Below, in pieces: positions 43,512 to 52,393 of a stretch of DNA of 64,000 bases. The position numbers were made by a program, and so were the translations under genes. How positions within the stretch are numbered: position 1 is the first letter of the stretch; each line of letters starts with the position of its first letter. The notes under the pieces are model-generated. The model was not told the DNA's origin, searched no databases, and saw nothing but the letters and a program-made list of their open reading frames with translations. The DNA is from Candidatus Sulfotelmatobacter sp. GTDB lineage: Bacteria > Acidobacteriota > Terriglobia > Terriglobales > Acidobacteriaceae. Where the stretch lies: assembly GCA_025462865.1 (NCBI GenBank), contig JAOAPI010000058.1, positions 50,090 through 114,089 of the forward strand. Reading direction: 5' to 3'.

Positions 43512-44954
43512 ATGTTCGAAATGTCAAGGATGGTTGAAATTTGGATTTTCGCCGGGCTGGGAGTGATGGTCCTTCTGTTCCTGATGAGCGGAATGGCCAG
43601 GCTATATCGCAAAGCGGGGCCGCACGAAGCGCTCATCGTGTACGGCCTGGGAGGAACGCGCGTAGTGCAGGGACACGGCACGCTGGTGCTTCCCATGGTG
43701 CAGATCTGTCGCGATCTGTCGCTCGAACTGATGTCGTTCGACGTGGCGCCGCAACAGGACCTGTACACAAAACAAGGTGTCGCGGTGACCGTTGAAGCCG
43801 TTGCACAAATCAAAGTGAAGTCTGACCGCGAATCTGTCCTCACCGCGGCCGAACAATTCCTCACCAAGACCGATCAGGAACGCGAAGGATTGATCCGCCT
43901 GGTAATGGAAGGGCATCTGCGCGGCATCATCGGCCAGCTCACCGTAGAAGAGATCGTCAAGCAGCCGGAGATGGTTTCCGACCGCATGCGATCCACATGC
44001 GCTGAAGACATGAACAAGATGGGTCTCGAAGTGATTTCGTTCACCATCAAAGAGGTTCGCGACAAGAACGAGTACATCACCAATATGGGCAAGCCTGACG
44101 TGGCGCGGATCAAGCGCGATGCGGATGTTGCCACAGCGGAAGCAGACCGCGACACTGCCATCAAGCGTGCGCTGGCGCAACGGGAAGCAGCAGTCGCCAA
44201 GGCTCAGGCCGATCAGGAACGCGTGCTGGCAGAGACGCTCTCGCTGGCGAAGCAGGCGGAATCGCAACGCGATCTGGAAGTGAAAAGAGCGCAATTCCTG
44301 GAAGTCACGAAACGCCAACAGGCGCAGGCTGATAAGGCGTATGACATCCAGACCAACATCATGCAGCAACAAGTTGTAGCAGAGCAGGTAAAGGTGCAAC
44401 AGATTGAGAAAGAGCAGCAAGTCAAAGTGCAGGAGGCGGAAATCAACCGCCGCGAGAAGGAACTGATTGCAACCGTATTAAAGGGAGCCGAGATGGAGCG
44501 TCAGCGGATTGAGACGCTGGCCGCGGCCGAAAAGCAGCGCCTGATCGCGGAAGCGGAAGGGCATGCGTCGGCGACACGCGCGCAAGGCGAAGCCGAGGCC
44601 GAAATCATTTTCAAGAAAGGCGAGTCCGAAGCCAAAGCCATGAACGTGAAGGCCGAGGCTTATCAGGAATACAACCAGGCGGCAGTGATCGATCGCTTGT
44701 TCACCAGCATGCCGGAGATCGTGAGGGCACTGGCCAGCCCGCTGGCCAACGTCGACAAGATCACGATCGTCTCTACCGGCAATGGCGATGCCTCCGGAAT
44801 GAACAAGATCACAGGCGACATGGCGAAGATGGCGGCACAGGTGCCGGCGTTGTTCGAAACGCTCTCGGGTATGCCGTTATCCGAACTGCTGGGCAAAGTC
44901 AGGCAGATCGGGGATAAATCGCCCAAACCTCCTTTGGTTGAAGCTGCCAAATAA
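43512..44954 (+). CDS. flotillin family protein (SPFH/Band 7)
   Basis: 480 aa with an N-terminal hairpin anchor, an SPFH domain, and a long Ala/Glu/Gln-rich coiled-coil flotillin domain. Confidence 0.9.
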   Translation: MFEMSRMVEIWIFAGLGVMVLLFLMSGMARLYRKAGPHEALIVYGLGGTRVVQGHGTLVLPMVQICRDLSLELMSFDVAPQQDLYTKQGVAVTVEAVAQIKVKSDRESVLTAAEQFLTKTDQEREGLIRLVMEGHLRGIIGQLTVEEIVKQPEMVSDRMRSTCAEDMNKMGLEVISFTIKEVRDKNEYITNMGKPDVARIKRDADVATAEADRDTAIKRALAQREAAVAKAQADQERVLAETLSLAKQAESQRDLEVKRAQFLEVTKRQQAQADKAYDIQTNIMQQQVVAEQVKVQQIEKEQQVKVQEAEINRREKELIATVLKGAEMERQRIETLAAAEKQRLIAEAEGHASATRAQGEAEAEIIFKKGESEAKAMNVKAEAYQEYNQAAVIDRLFTSMPEIVRALASPLANVDKITIVSTGNGDASGMNKITGDMAKMAAQVPALFETLSGMPLSELLGKVRQIGDKSPKPPLVEAAK

Positions 44955-44972
44955 GGACACGGATTGCTCGTT

Positions 44973-44997
44973 AGGGACGGCCACCTCGGCTGTCCCT
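44973..44997. repeat. GGGACRGCC hairpin (REP-like; possible terminator after flotillin)
   Basis: AGGGACGGCC-ACCTC-GGCTGTCCCT. Related to 11503..11525. Confidence 0.45.
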
Positions 44998-45033
44998 GGC
45001 GGGCGTAGCGAGAAATAATCGGGAGCAGAAGTT

Positions 45034-45255
45034 ATGACAAGCAAGCCGAAAGGAATGGGATTAGGTATCGCGTTGGGAGCGGCACTGGGCGCAGCATTCG
45101 GAGTTGCTGCCGGGCATCTTGCGATTTGGCTGGCCATTGGCGTTGCGATTGGTGTCGCCATCGGCGGCAGTCTCCGCAAGAAAGGGACCGAGTGTTCGGA
45201 GTGCGCCGACCTCCACCGTCAACATGAAACGAGAAATCTAAGGCAGCAGAGCTAA
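45034..45255 (+). CDS. small glycine-zipper membrane protein
   Basis: 73 aa: GMGLGIALGAALGAAFGVAAG...AIGVAIGVAIGG. GGGAG lies 8 nt upstream of the ATG. Confidence 0.5.
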   Translation: MTSKPKGMGLGIALGAALGAAFGVAAGHLAIWLAIGVAIGVAIGGSLRKKGTECSECADLHRQHETRNLRQQS

Positions 45256-45271
45256 CAGCTAGCAGCTAAGA
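45251..45271. repeat. heptad stop array GCTAACA GCTAGCA GCTAAGA
   Basis: TAA (the gene's own stop, 45253), TAG (45260) and TAA (45267) at 7-nt spacing, which covers all three frames. Confidence 0.7.
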
Positions 45272-45287
45272 AAAGAAGGAGTCCACC

Positions 45288-45947
45288 ATGGCATTACTAG
45301 AGCGTGTTTCCACGTTAGTCCGGGCCAACCTCAACGATCTGATCGACAAAGCCGAGGAGCCGGAGAAGATGATCAAGCAGGTAATTCTCGATATGCAGAA
45401 TCAAATGCTGCAGGTAAAGACGCAGGTGGCGATTGCCATCGCCGACCAGCACCTACTCGAGAAAAAGCGGAAAGAAAACGAAGACAAAGTTGCCGAATGG
45501 ATGCGCAAGGCCGAGCTGTCGGTCGACAAGAAGCAAGACGACCTCGCCCGCGCATCGCTGCAGCGAGTGGAAAGTTATCGCGACATGAGCGAGAGTTTCG
45601 CGCAGCAGCTTGCCGACCAGAAGGCGCAGGTCGAGAACTTGAAGTCGGCGCTACGCCAGTTGGACCAGAAACTGACTGAAGCGCAGACCAAGGCCGATCT
45701 TTTGATCGCGCAGCATCGCCGCGCCCGCGCTGTGGGCAAAGCCAGTGACGCGCGCCTGGCCATGGGCGACGGCTCGAAAGGCGCTGCTTTCGATCGCATG
45801 AAGCGGAAGGTGGCGCATTCCGAGGCGATGGGACAGGCGAAGTCCGAAATTGCTGGAGACAATATGGAAGACCGTCTGGCGGCGCTGGAGAAAGAGGATC
45901 GCATTGAACAGTTGCTGGCAGAGTTGAAGGGGAGGCGAAGGGCGTAG
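45288..45947 (+). CDS. pspA: PspA/IM30 family protein
   Basis: MALLERVSTLVRANLNDLIDKAEEPEKMIKQVILDM is the canonical PspA N-terminus. Coiled coil throughout. Confidence 0.9.
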   Translation: MALLERVSTLVRANLNDLIDKAEEPEKMIKQVILDMQNQMLQVKTQVAIAIADQHLLEKKRKENEDKVAEWMRKAELSVDKKQDDLARASLQRVESYRDMSESFAQQLADQKAQVENLKSALRQLDQKLTEAQTKADLLIAQHRRARAVGKASDARLAMGDGSKGAAFDRMKRKVAHSEAMGQAKSEIAGDNMEDRLAALEKEDRIEQLLAELKGRRRA

Positions 45948-46007
45948 AAACTCGTGTGCGAAGCGCCTTTTCGGCGCGGCTGAAACCGTACCATTTCAAA
46001 GCGATGA

Positions 46008-46451
46008 CTACACGGAAGAGACTTTGCCCGAGGAACGAGAAGCGGTTCCAGAAATAGATAGTGGGTGCCCGTTTTCACAAATCGCGACGGGATCAGCGCG
46101 CAGCACGAACTCCAGCGTTTCGCTTTCCGACATCTGGCTGTTATCGAGCACATGCCATTTGGTGCGGGATTGGCAGCCAGGTTCGCCGCATTCGAGTTCG
46201 GCGCGTAGGAAATCAAAACGGGTCTCGTCTTCCAACGGACGGGTGTAGGGCGCCCATTGCACATCGCTTTTTTCGTAAATGTACCAGTGATCGCACTCGC
46301 GGCAGATGAGTCTCAATTGCCATCCATCGGCCGGCCAGTCAGGGGGAGTGGTGCCCGTTTGCGGCGGATTGGAATAAGGCAGGCGGATGCGTACTGCAGA
46401 AGGCGTGGGGCAATCCGGATTCTTGCATCGTACGACCGGCTGTAAATACAT
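46008..46451 (-). CDS. hypothetical protein with two zinc-ribbon-like Cys modules
   Basis: CKNPDC...CRECDH and CGEPGC...CENGH modules. GGAG lies 9 nt upstream of the ATG. Coding-like codon pattern. Confidence 0.5.
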   Translation of the reverse strand: MYLQPVVRCKNPDCPTPSAVRIRLPYSNPPQTGTTPPDWPADGWQLRLICRECDHWYIYEKSDVQWAPYTRPLEDETRFDFLRAELECGEPGCQSRTKWHVLDNSQMSESETLEFVLRADPVAICENGHPLSISGTASRSSGKVSSV

Positions 46452-46644
46452 TAGGTTCGTCTCCAGGGTCAGAACACCTCTGCATCCGCTTCAGCTCACT
46501 TGTAGTACTTGGCCAGTGATTCAAGCCTACCACGGGAATCGCAACGGCCTTACATCCATTGACCGGGTGACCCGCATCTCTGTAATCTTGCAACAGAAAC
46601 CCGCATCGACATCATTGGATCAATCCCAGACTCAAGGATACTTC

Positions 46645-47118
46645 ATGAAAGAAGTTGCAACTATGCTGCTGCTCGCGCTCCTGCTTACCGGTTGTGGCAG
46701 CAGCAGCAAGACGACTACCACGGCCGTGCCCACCGGCGTCTGGAGCGCGGACTTGCCGGGTGGAACCGGCCCAGCCTCAGGCTTCAGCTTTACCACGCAG
46801 TTCACCGTGAACGGCAATGGGTCGTTGAACATCACATATTTTCAGTTTCTTACTCAGGGAACTTGCTTTCCTATTTCTGGAGGAACTCAGACGGGCTCGA
46901 TGGTCTTGACCACCAATACGAGCACCAACGCTGTGACCGGCCCCTTCACATACACCGTGCAAGCGAACGGCAATACTCTTACCCTCAATGGATCCGTAAC
47001 CGGAACAGCCAGTGGAACTACGCTTTCCGGCGGCGCAGTCACCGGTATATGGTCGCTAACCGGGGGCACCGGCTGCAACACAACAGGCGAGAGTTTTACG
47101 ATGGCGCAGACTTCCTGA
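46645..47118 (+). CDS. lipoprotein, Thr/Gly/Ser-rich
   Basis: MKEVATMLLLALLLTGC lipobox. Start refined within ORF 46387..47118. Confidence 0.65.
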   Translation: MKEVATMLLLALLLTGCGSSSKTTTTAVPTGVWSADLPGGTGPASGFSFTTQFTVNGNGSLNITYFQFLTQGTCFPISGGTQTGSMVLTTNTSTNAVTGPFTYTVQANGNTLTLNGSVTGTASGTTLSGGAVTGIWSLTGGTGCNTTGESFTMAQTS

Positions 47119-47129
47119 CGTTTCCGGAT

Positions 47130-47273
47130 TTAGAACCACTCGCTCCGGTAGGCGACCCACCATGCGAAGTAGGCGATAGGGATGGTCGAGGCCAGGCCCC
47201 ACCAGATTGGCAGCAGGAAATCTGCGACCAGGCCGAGCACTGTGAAAACCATCCAAAAGATTTTCCGTTCCAT
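47130..47273 (-). CDS. candidate 47-aa membrane protein (below ORF-track cutoff)
   Basis: My translation: MERKIFWMVFTVLGLVADFLLPIWWGLASTIPIAYFAWWVAYRSEWF. It has two hydrophobic segments. GGAGG lies 14 nt upstream. Confidence 0.35.
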   Translation of the reverse strand: MERKIFWMVFTVLGLVADFLLPIWWGLASTIPIAYFAWWVAYRSEWF

Positions 47274-47365
47274 ACAATAATTGTAGGCCTCCAAGTTGCG
47301 GAGGTCAGCAGTGCTAGGGGACCAGCACTTTCGTTACGTCCATGCTCTGCTATAGAGTGAGAGCC

Positions 47366-48364
47366 ATGAAGCGCTCCCTGCGTGAGATTGCCGAGGCCGT
47401 GGAAGCCCGCCTGCAAGGGGATGGGAGTCTTCAGATAAACGCCGTGGCGAGCATCAGCTCCGCTTCGACAAATGATCTGGTGTTCGTTGATGAGGAAAAA
47501 TCCCTTCCCCGGGCGCTTCAGTCTAGAGCCGGTGCATTGATTGCAGGAGAGTTTGCTACGGGTTCAACGGCCAAGTCATTGCTGATCAGTAGCCACCCCA
47601 GGCTAACCTTCGCGCGGGCGGCCCGATTTTTGCGCGATGGAAATAGCGATGGGCGGGATACAGGGATACATGCAACCGCGGTAGTAGACCCTTCAGCACA
47701 TCTGGCTCCTACTGTGGTTGTCGCTGAGCGGGCGGTGATTGCAGAGGACGTACAAATCGGCGAGGGCACGCGGATAGGCGCAGGTAGCATCGTTGGACGT
47801 GGAGTAAACATCGGCAGGGAATGCATGATTTATCCGGGCGTCACTGTTTATCCCGGTACCACATTGGGCGACCGGGTGATCGTGCATGCGGGCGCAGTCC
47901 TGGGAAGTGATGGTTTCGGATATGTGCGCGACCCCCGCACGGGCCGCTACGAGAAATTTCCCCAAGTCGGCAAGCTGGTGATCGAAAATGACGTGGAGAT
48001 CGGCGCCAACACAACTATCGATCGCGGCGCTCTTGACGAAACACGCATCGGGCAGGGAACTAAGATCGATAACCTGGTGCACATCGGCCACAATTGCCGG
48101 CTGGGGCAGAACGTAGTGATTGCGGCGCAGACCGGGCTCTCCGGTAGCATCGTTATTGAAAATGATGTTGTGCTCGGCGGCCAGGTCGGGATTGGCGAGC
48201 ATGCTCGCATCGAAGAAGGAGTGATGCTCGGCGGGCAAGGTGGCGTATTGCCCAAAAAAGTCTTGCGCGGTAAGGGCGTGGAATTCTGGGGAACCCCGGC
48301 GCAGCCGGTGCGGCAATACCTGAAACAGTTGGCGGCGCTGTCGCGGCTGGGGAAAAAGAGGTAG
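47366..48364 (+). CDS. lpxD: UDP-3-O-acylglucosamine N-acyltransferase
   Basis: LpxD N-terminal domain followed by a long left-handed beta-helix of hexapeptide repeats. ATG 47366 lies within ORF 47342..48364. Confidence 0.9.
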   Translation: MKRSLREIAEAVEARLQGDGSLQINAVASISSASTNDLVFVDEEKSLPRALQSRAGALIAGEFATGSTAKSLLISSHPRLTFARAARFLRDGNSDGRDTGIHATAVVDPSAHLAPTVVVAERAVIAEDVQIGEGTRIGAGSIVGRGVNIGRECMIYPGVTVYPGTTLGDRVIVHAGAVLGSDGFGYVRDPRTGRYEKFPQVGKLVIENDVEIGANTTIDRGALDETRIGQGTKIDNLVHIGHNCRLGQNVVIAAQTGLSGSIVIENDVVLGGQVGIGEHARIEEGVMLGGQGGVLPKKVLRGKGVEFWGTPAQPVRQYLKQLAALSRLGKKR

Positions 48365-48366
48365 AG

Positions 48367-48987
48367 GTGGCGATCGTCGTTATTGGCGGACATTCGCGAA
48401 GCGTTGGAAAGACCAGCGTGGTCGCCGGACTCATTTCAGCGCTGCAAGAATACGACTGGACGGCCGTGAAAATTACGCAATACGGACATGGAGTGTGTTC
48501 CGCAAACGGTGCGCTGTGCGACTGCCCGACCGCGGATCACACTTGGGCGATATCTGAAGAGAAAGACCGCAAGGGAGAGTCGGACACGTCACGGTTTCTA
48601 CTGGCAGGCGCGGCGCGCTCGCTGTGGGTTCGCACAGAACAGGGGAGGCTCGCGGAAGCTATGCCGGCTTTGCGTAGGCGGCTCGATCAGTCGCGCCATG
48701 TGATTGTCGAATCGAACAGCGTGTTGAAGTTCCTACGGCCGGATTTGTATCTCACCGTACTCGATCCGCAAACTGAAGATTTCAAGACTTCAGCGCGCGA
48801 GTTTCTCGATCGCGCGGCTGCGGTGATTCTTCATGAGGCTTCGAGGAACAGTTCAGCTTGGCAAGCTGTTTCTTTAAAGCCAGTGGCTGACAGGCCTGTG
48901 TTTCGAATCACGCCGCCGCCATACGTGACGCCTGAGATTGTTGAATTCGTGCGAACTCGTATTCGTGAAAGGGTTACTGAGAACTGA
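48367..48987 (+). CDS. P-loop protein, weakly MobB-like
   Basis: MAIVVIGGHSRSVGKTSVVAGLISAL... then VIVESNSVLKF. GTG start follows GAGG, 2 nt after the lpxD stop. The family assignment is tentative. Confidence 0.5.
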   Translation: MAIVVIGGHSRSVGKTSVVAGLISALQEYDWTAVKITQYGHGVCSANGALCDCPTADHTWAISEEKDRKGESDTSRFLLAGAARSLWVRTEQGRLAEAMPALRRRLDQSRHVIVESNSVLKFLRPDLYLTVLDPQTEDFKTSAREFLDRAAAVILHEASRNSSAWQAVSLKPVADRPVFRITPPPYVTPEIVEFVRTRIRERVTEN

Positions 48988-49018
48988 GAACCGAGAACTT
49001 CTTTTGTTATCCTTTCCC

Positions 49019-50638
49019 GTGCGGCAAATTCATTCCAGTGCCTGGCTGCTGATTGTTCTCTCGTCGTTGTTGCAGGTGTTGATCTTCCCTCTCGCTGGCG
49101 TCTACGTGCTGTCATGGGTGGCTTTTGCCCCGCTGATCGTGGCCTTGTTGAGGGCGCGACCGATGGGAGCTTTGGAGATCGACGGTTCCGTTAATCTTGC
49201 AGCTGCGAAGCCGATGCAGGCTTTTTTGCTCGCGTACGCCTCCGGAATTCTCTGGTATGCCGGAACATGCTACTGGATATATGACACGATGCGTCAATAT
49301 GGAGGATTGAGCGCTCCGCTTGCCCTGCTGGCCTTGCTTCTCTTCTGTCTTTATCTTGGGCTTTATCACGGATTGTTTGGATTGTTGTTAAGCCTGGCGG
49401 GCAGACCGGGCCACGACAACCGCAGAGCCCTGGTGGCCGCACCGTTTCTCTGGGTTGCGGTGGAACTGGCGCGAACGCTCGTTACCGGTTTTCCGTGGAA
49501 TCTGCTCGGCACTGCGCAGGTTGATAACATTTCGCTGAGTCGCATCAGCACCTGGACGGGCGTTTACGGGGTCTCGTTCGAAATCATGCTGGTGAACGTC
49601 GCGGTCGCAGCGGCCTTTCTGGTACCCAAAAAAAAACGCAGCACATTACTGATTGCATCGTTGGTGGCAGCGGCAGTACTTCAGGCGGGACGATTGGTCG
49701 ATGCCCCCGCGGTCCCAGCGGATCACGCCGCTTTGCTTGTTCAGGAGAACATTCCGGTGGATGCAACCTGGACGCGCGATAATTTTCAGCGCACGCTGAG
49801 TGAACTTGCCGATCTTAGCCTCAAAGCCATTTCTTCCAACTCTACGCCCAACTCGAAAGCTAAAATCAATTTGATCGTCTGGCCGGAATCTCCCGCGCCC
49901 TTTTTTACAAGTGATCCTCTATTTCGTGAACCAATAAGCCGGTTGGCGCGAGAGGCGCAAAGTTGGGTAGTGACAGGCGCGATCGGCAGCACGCCCGCAG
50001 CACACAGCGTCACGGCTGCTTCGCAAGTATTCAACTCGGCCGCGTTGATCAGCCCCAACGGCGAGTGGACGGCGCGTTACGACAAGGTTCATCTGGTCCC
50101 ATTCGGAGAATATCTGCCGTTTCCCCGGCTTTTCGCCTTTGCGGGGGGATTGACCAAAGAGGTAGGCGAGTTTCAAACGGGAGCATCGCGAGCTCCGCTG
50201 AATGCCGGAAACACGCGGCTCGGAGTTTTTATTTGTTATGAGTCCGTATTTCCCGGCGAGGTCCGGCAGTTCGCCGAGCAAGGCGCCCAAGTGTTGGTGA
50301 ATCTGTCGAACGACGGATGGTACGGCGACAGCGGCGCCTATGCGCAACACCTCAATCAGACGCGCATGCGGGCTATTGAAAATGATCGCTGGATCTCGAG
50401 TGCGACGGATACTGGGGTCACTGCCTCGATCGACCCCTATGGTCGAATCGTAGCCCGGCTTCCCCGCAAAGAACGAGGCGCTCTGGTTGCGCCTTATGCT
50501 CTCACTTCTGTAACCACCTTCTACACGCGGCATGGGGATTGGTTTGCCTGGCTCTGTGCGATAATTTCAGTAGGGGCGCTGCTCATGCGCTTCGTGCTTC
50601 ACACCAGTGCAGGCAAGAAAGCAGAAACATCCTCATGA
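49019..50638 (+). CDS. lnt: apolipoprotein N-acyltransferase
   Basis: Multi-TM N-terminal half plus a CN-hydrolase domain with WPES, K (DKVHLVPFGEY) and ICYES. The start is uncertain: TTG 48938 or 49004, or GTG 49019. Confidence 0.85.
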   Translation: MRQIHSSAWLLIVLSSLLQVLIFPLAGVYVLSWVAFAPLIVALLRARPMGALEIDGSVNLAAAKPMQAFLLAYASGILWYAGTCYWIYDTMRQYGGLSAPLALLALLLFCLYLGLYHGLFGLLLSLAGRPGHDNRRALVAAPFLWVAVELARTLVTGFPWNLLGTAQVDNISLSRISTWTGVYGVSFEIMLVNVAVAAAFLVPKKKRSTLLIASLVAAAVLQAGRLVDAPAVPADHAALLVQENIPVDATWTRDNFQRTLSELADLSLKAISSNSTPNSKAKINLIVWPESPAPFFTSDPLFREPISRLAREAQSWVVTGAIGSTPAAHSVTAASQVFNSAALISPNGEWTARYDKVHLVPFGEYLPFPRLFAFAGGLTKEVGEFQTGASRAPLNAGNTRLGVFICYESVFPGEVRQFAEQGAQVLVNLSNDGWYGDSGAYAQHLNQTRMRAIENDRWISSATDTGVTASIDPYGRIVARLPRKERGALVAPYALTSVTTFYTRHGDWFAWLCAIISVGALLMRFVLHTSAGKKAETSS

Positions 50639-51739
50639 ATCAAGAGTTCGAACAGGAATACGGGTCCCTCGGCAAGAAGGCACGCGAACTCCGGGAGTAT
50701 CTTTGACGCGGACAAGCTCCGACCGCAACTAATCGAAATCGAGAAGCAGTCCGCCGACCCCAATTTGTGGTCTGATCCGCAGCGTTCAAAGCAGGTGATG
50801 CGCGAGAAAAAGCGTCTCGAGCACCTGCTCAGCACGGACGCCGATCTGGCCCGTCGTGCCGACGACATTGACGCCTACTTCGAATTGGCCAAAGAAGGTG
50901 AAAACGTTGACGGCGATTTGCGTCGCGACCTCGACTCCCTCCGCGAGTTGGTTGACAAGCTTGAGACTGAGACATTGCTTTCGGGCGAAAACGATCCGCT
51001 GAACGCGATCGTTACTATTCATCCGGGCGCGGGCGGCACGGAATCTCAGGACTGGGCGGACATGCTTCTGCGCATGTATCTACGCTGGGCTGAGCGGCAG
51101 GGCTTCGAAACTATTCTCTACGATTATCAACCCGGCGAAGAGGCGGGCTTGAAGTCGGCGACGTTCGCGGTGAACGGCGAATACGCGTTCGGTCTGTTGA
51201 GCAGCGAAATCGGAGTGCACCGCCTCGTGCGAATTTCTCCGTTCGATCAAGCCAAGCGGCGGCATACGTCGTTCGCCAGCGTGTTTGTCTCTCCAGAAAT
51301 AGACGACAGCATTGAAGTGGTCATCAAGCCAGAAGACATTCGCACCGACACGTACCGATCCAGCGGGAAGGGTGGGCAGCACGTGAACACGACCGATTCC
51401 GCCGTGCGCATCACGCATCTGGCCACCGGCCTGGTAGCCAGCTGCCAGAACGAACGCTCGCAGCACAAGAATCGCGAACGCGCCATGAGCATGTTGCGCT
51501 CGAAGCTCTACGAATTCGAGATGGAGAAAAAGCGCGCGGCTTCGAAAAAGATTGAAGATTCAAAACTTGACAACGATTTTGGCTCTCAGATTCGTTCTTA
51601 CGTGCTGCAGCCTTATCGCATGATTAAGGACCATCGCACGAAAGCGGAGGTCGGCGATGTAGACCGCGTGCTCGATGGGGATCTGCAGCCCTTCATCCGC
51701 GCGTATCTGCTGGCGCGGCGTGCGGAGAAACAAGCGTGA
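50635..51739 (+). CDS. prfB: peptide chain release factor 2 (programmed +1 frameshift; join 50635..50703, 50705..51739)
   Basis: MNQEFEQEYGSLGKKARELREYL then an in-frame TGA. The +1 frame continues DADKLRPQLIEIEKQSADPNLWSDPQ... with SPF and GGQ motifs. Confidence 0.9.
50693..50707 (+). promoter_or_regulatory. prfB +1 frameshift site
   Basis: GGGAG TAT CTT TGA C is an SD-like element plus CUU UGA C. The TAT CTT TGA C portion is identical to the E. coli site. Confidence 0.9.
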
Positions 51740-52389
51740 AGATAAAGCGGGCCAAAAGTCCCGCGGCGAAAGGGAAAGCAGTAGTAAAGCTTGGTTCGCG
51801 ATTCCGGAGGGCATTTCTCTTTGCCGCTGACAAGCATTCCGGACAAACCCGTAAAGCTTCTACAATTCCCTACATCGCGCATCTGATGGGTGTCACGTCG
51901 TTGGTCCTGGAGTTCGGCGGTGATGAAGAAATGGCGATCGGAGCCCTGTTGCACGATGTTGTCGAAGATTGCGGCGGCGTGCCTATGCTTACCGAAGTTC
52001 GGCGCAGGTTCGGTTCTCGCGTCGCGAAGATTGTGGACGGGTGCACGGACTCTTACACCAATCCCAAGCCTCCGTGGCGAGAACGCAAGGAGACTTATAT
52101 CCGTCATCTCAAGAAAGCTGATGGGGAAACCCGGCTGGTTTCAGCCGCGGATAAGTTAAATAATGTGCGCTCGATTCTTTCCGACTACCGGGAAGTCGGT
52201 GAGTCAATATGGACACGTTTCAACGGTGGGCGCGAGGGAACTCTTTGGTACTATCGGAGTTTGATGGAAGAATTTCTCCGGCATAAACCGAATCGATTGA
52301 TTAGGGAGTTGGAACTCGCGGTACGGGAGCTCGAAGCCAGCGCGATTCTGACTCGTCCTCATAGTTCGGGAAGAGGATCCGGGAGTTGA
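51736..52389 (+). CDS. HD-domain protein (RelA/SpoT-type hydrolase-like)
   Basis: HLMGVTSLVLEFGGDEEMAIGALLHDVVED motif. The GTG start overlaps the prfB stop. Confidence 0.75.
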   Translation: MKIKRAKSPAAKGKAVVKLGSRFRRAFLFAADKHSGQTRKASTIPYIAHLMGVTSLVLEFGGDEEMAIGALLHDVVEDCGGVPMLTEVRRRFGSRVAKIVDGCTDSYTNPKPPWRERKETYIRHLKKADGETRLVSAADKLNNVRSILSDYREVGESIWTRFNGGREGTLWYYRSLMEEFLRHKPNRLIRELELAVRELEASAILTRPHSSGRGSGS

Positions 52390-52393
52390 ACTG

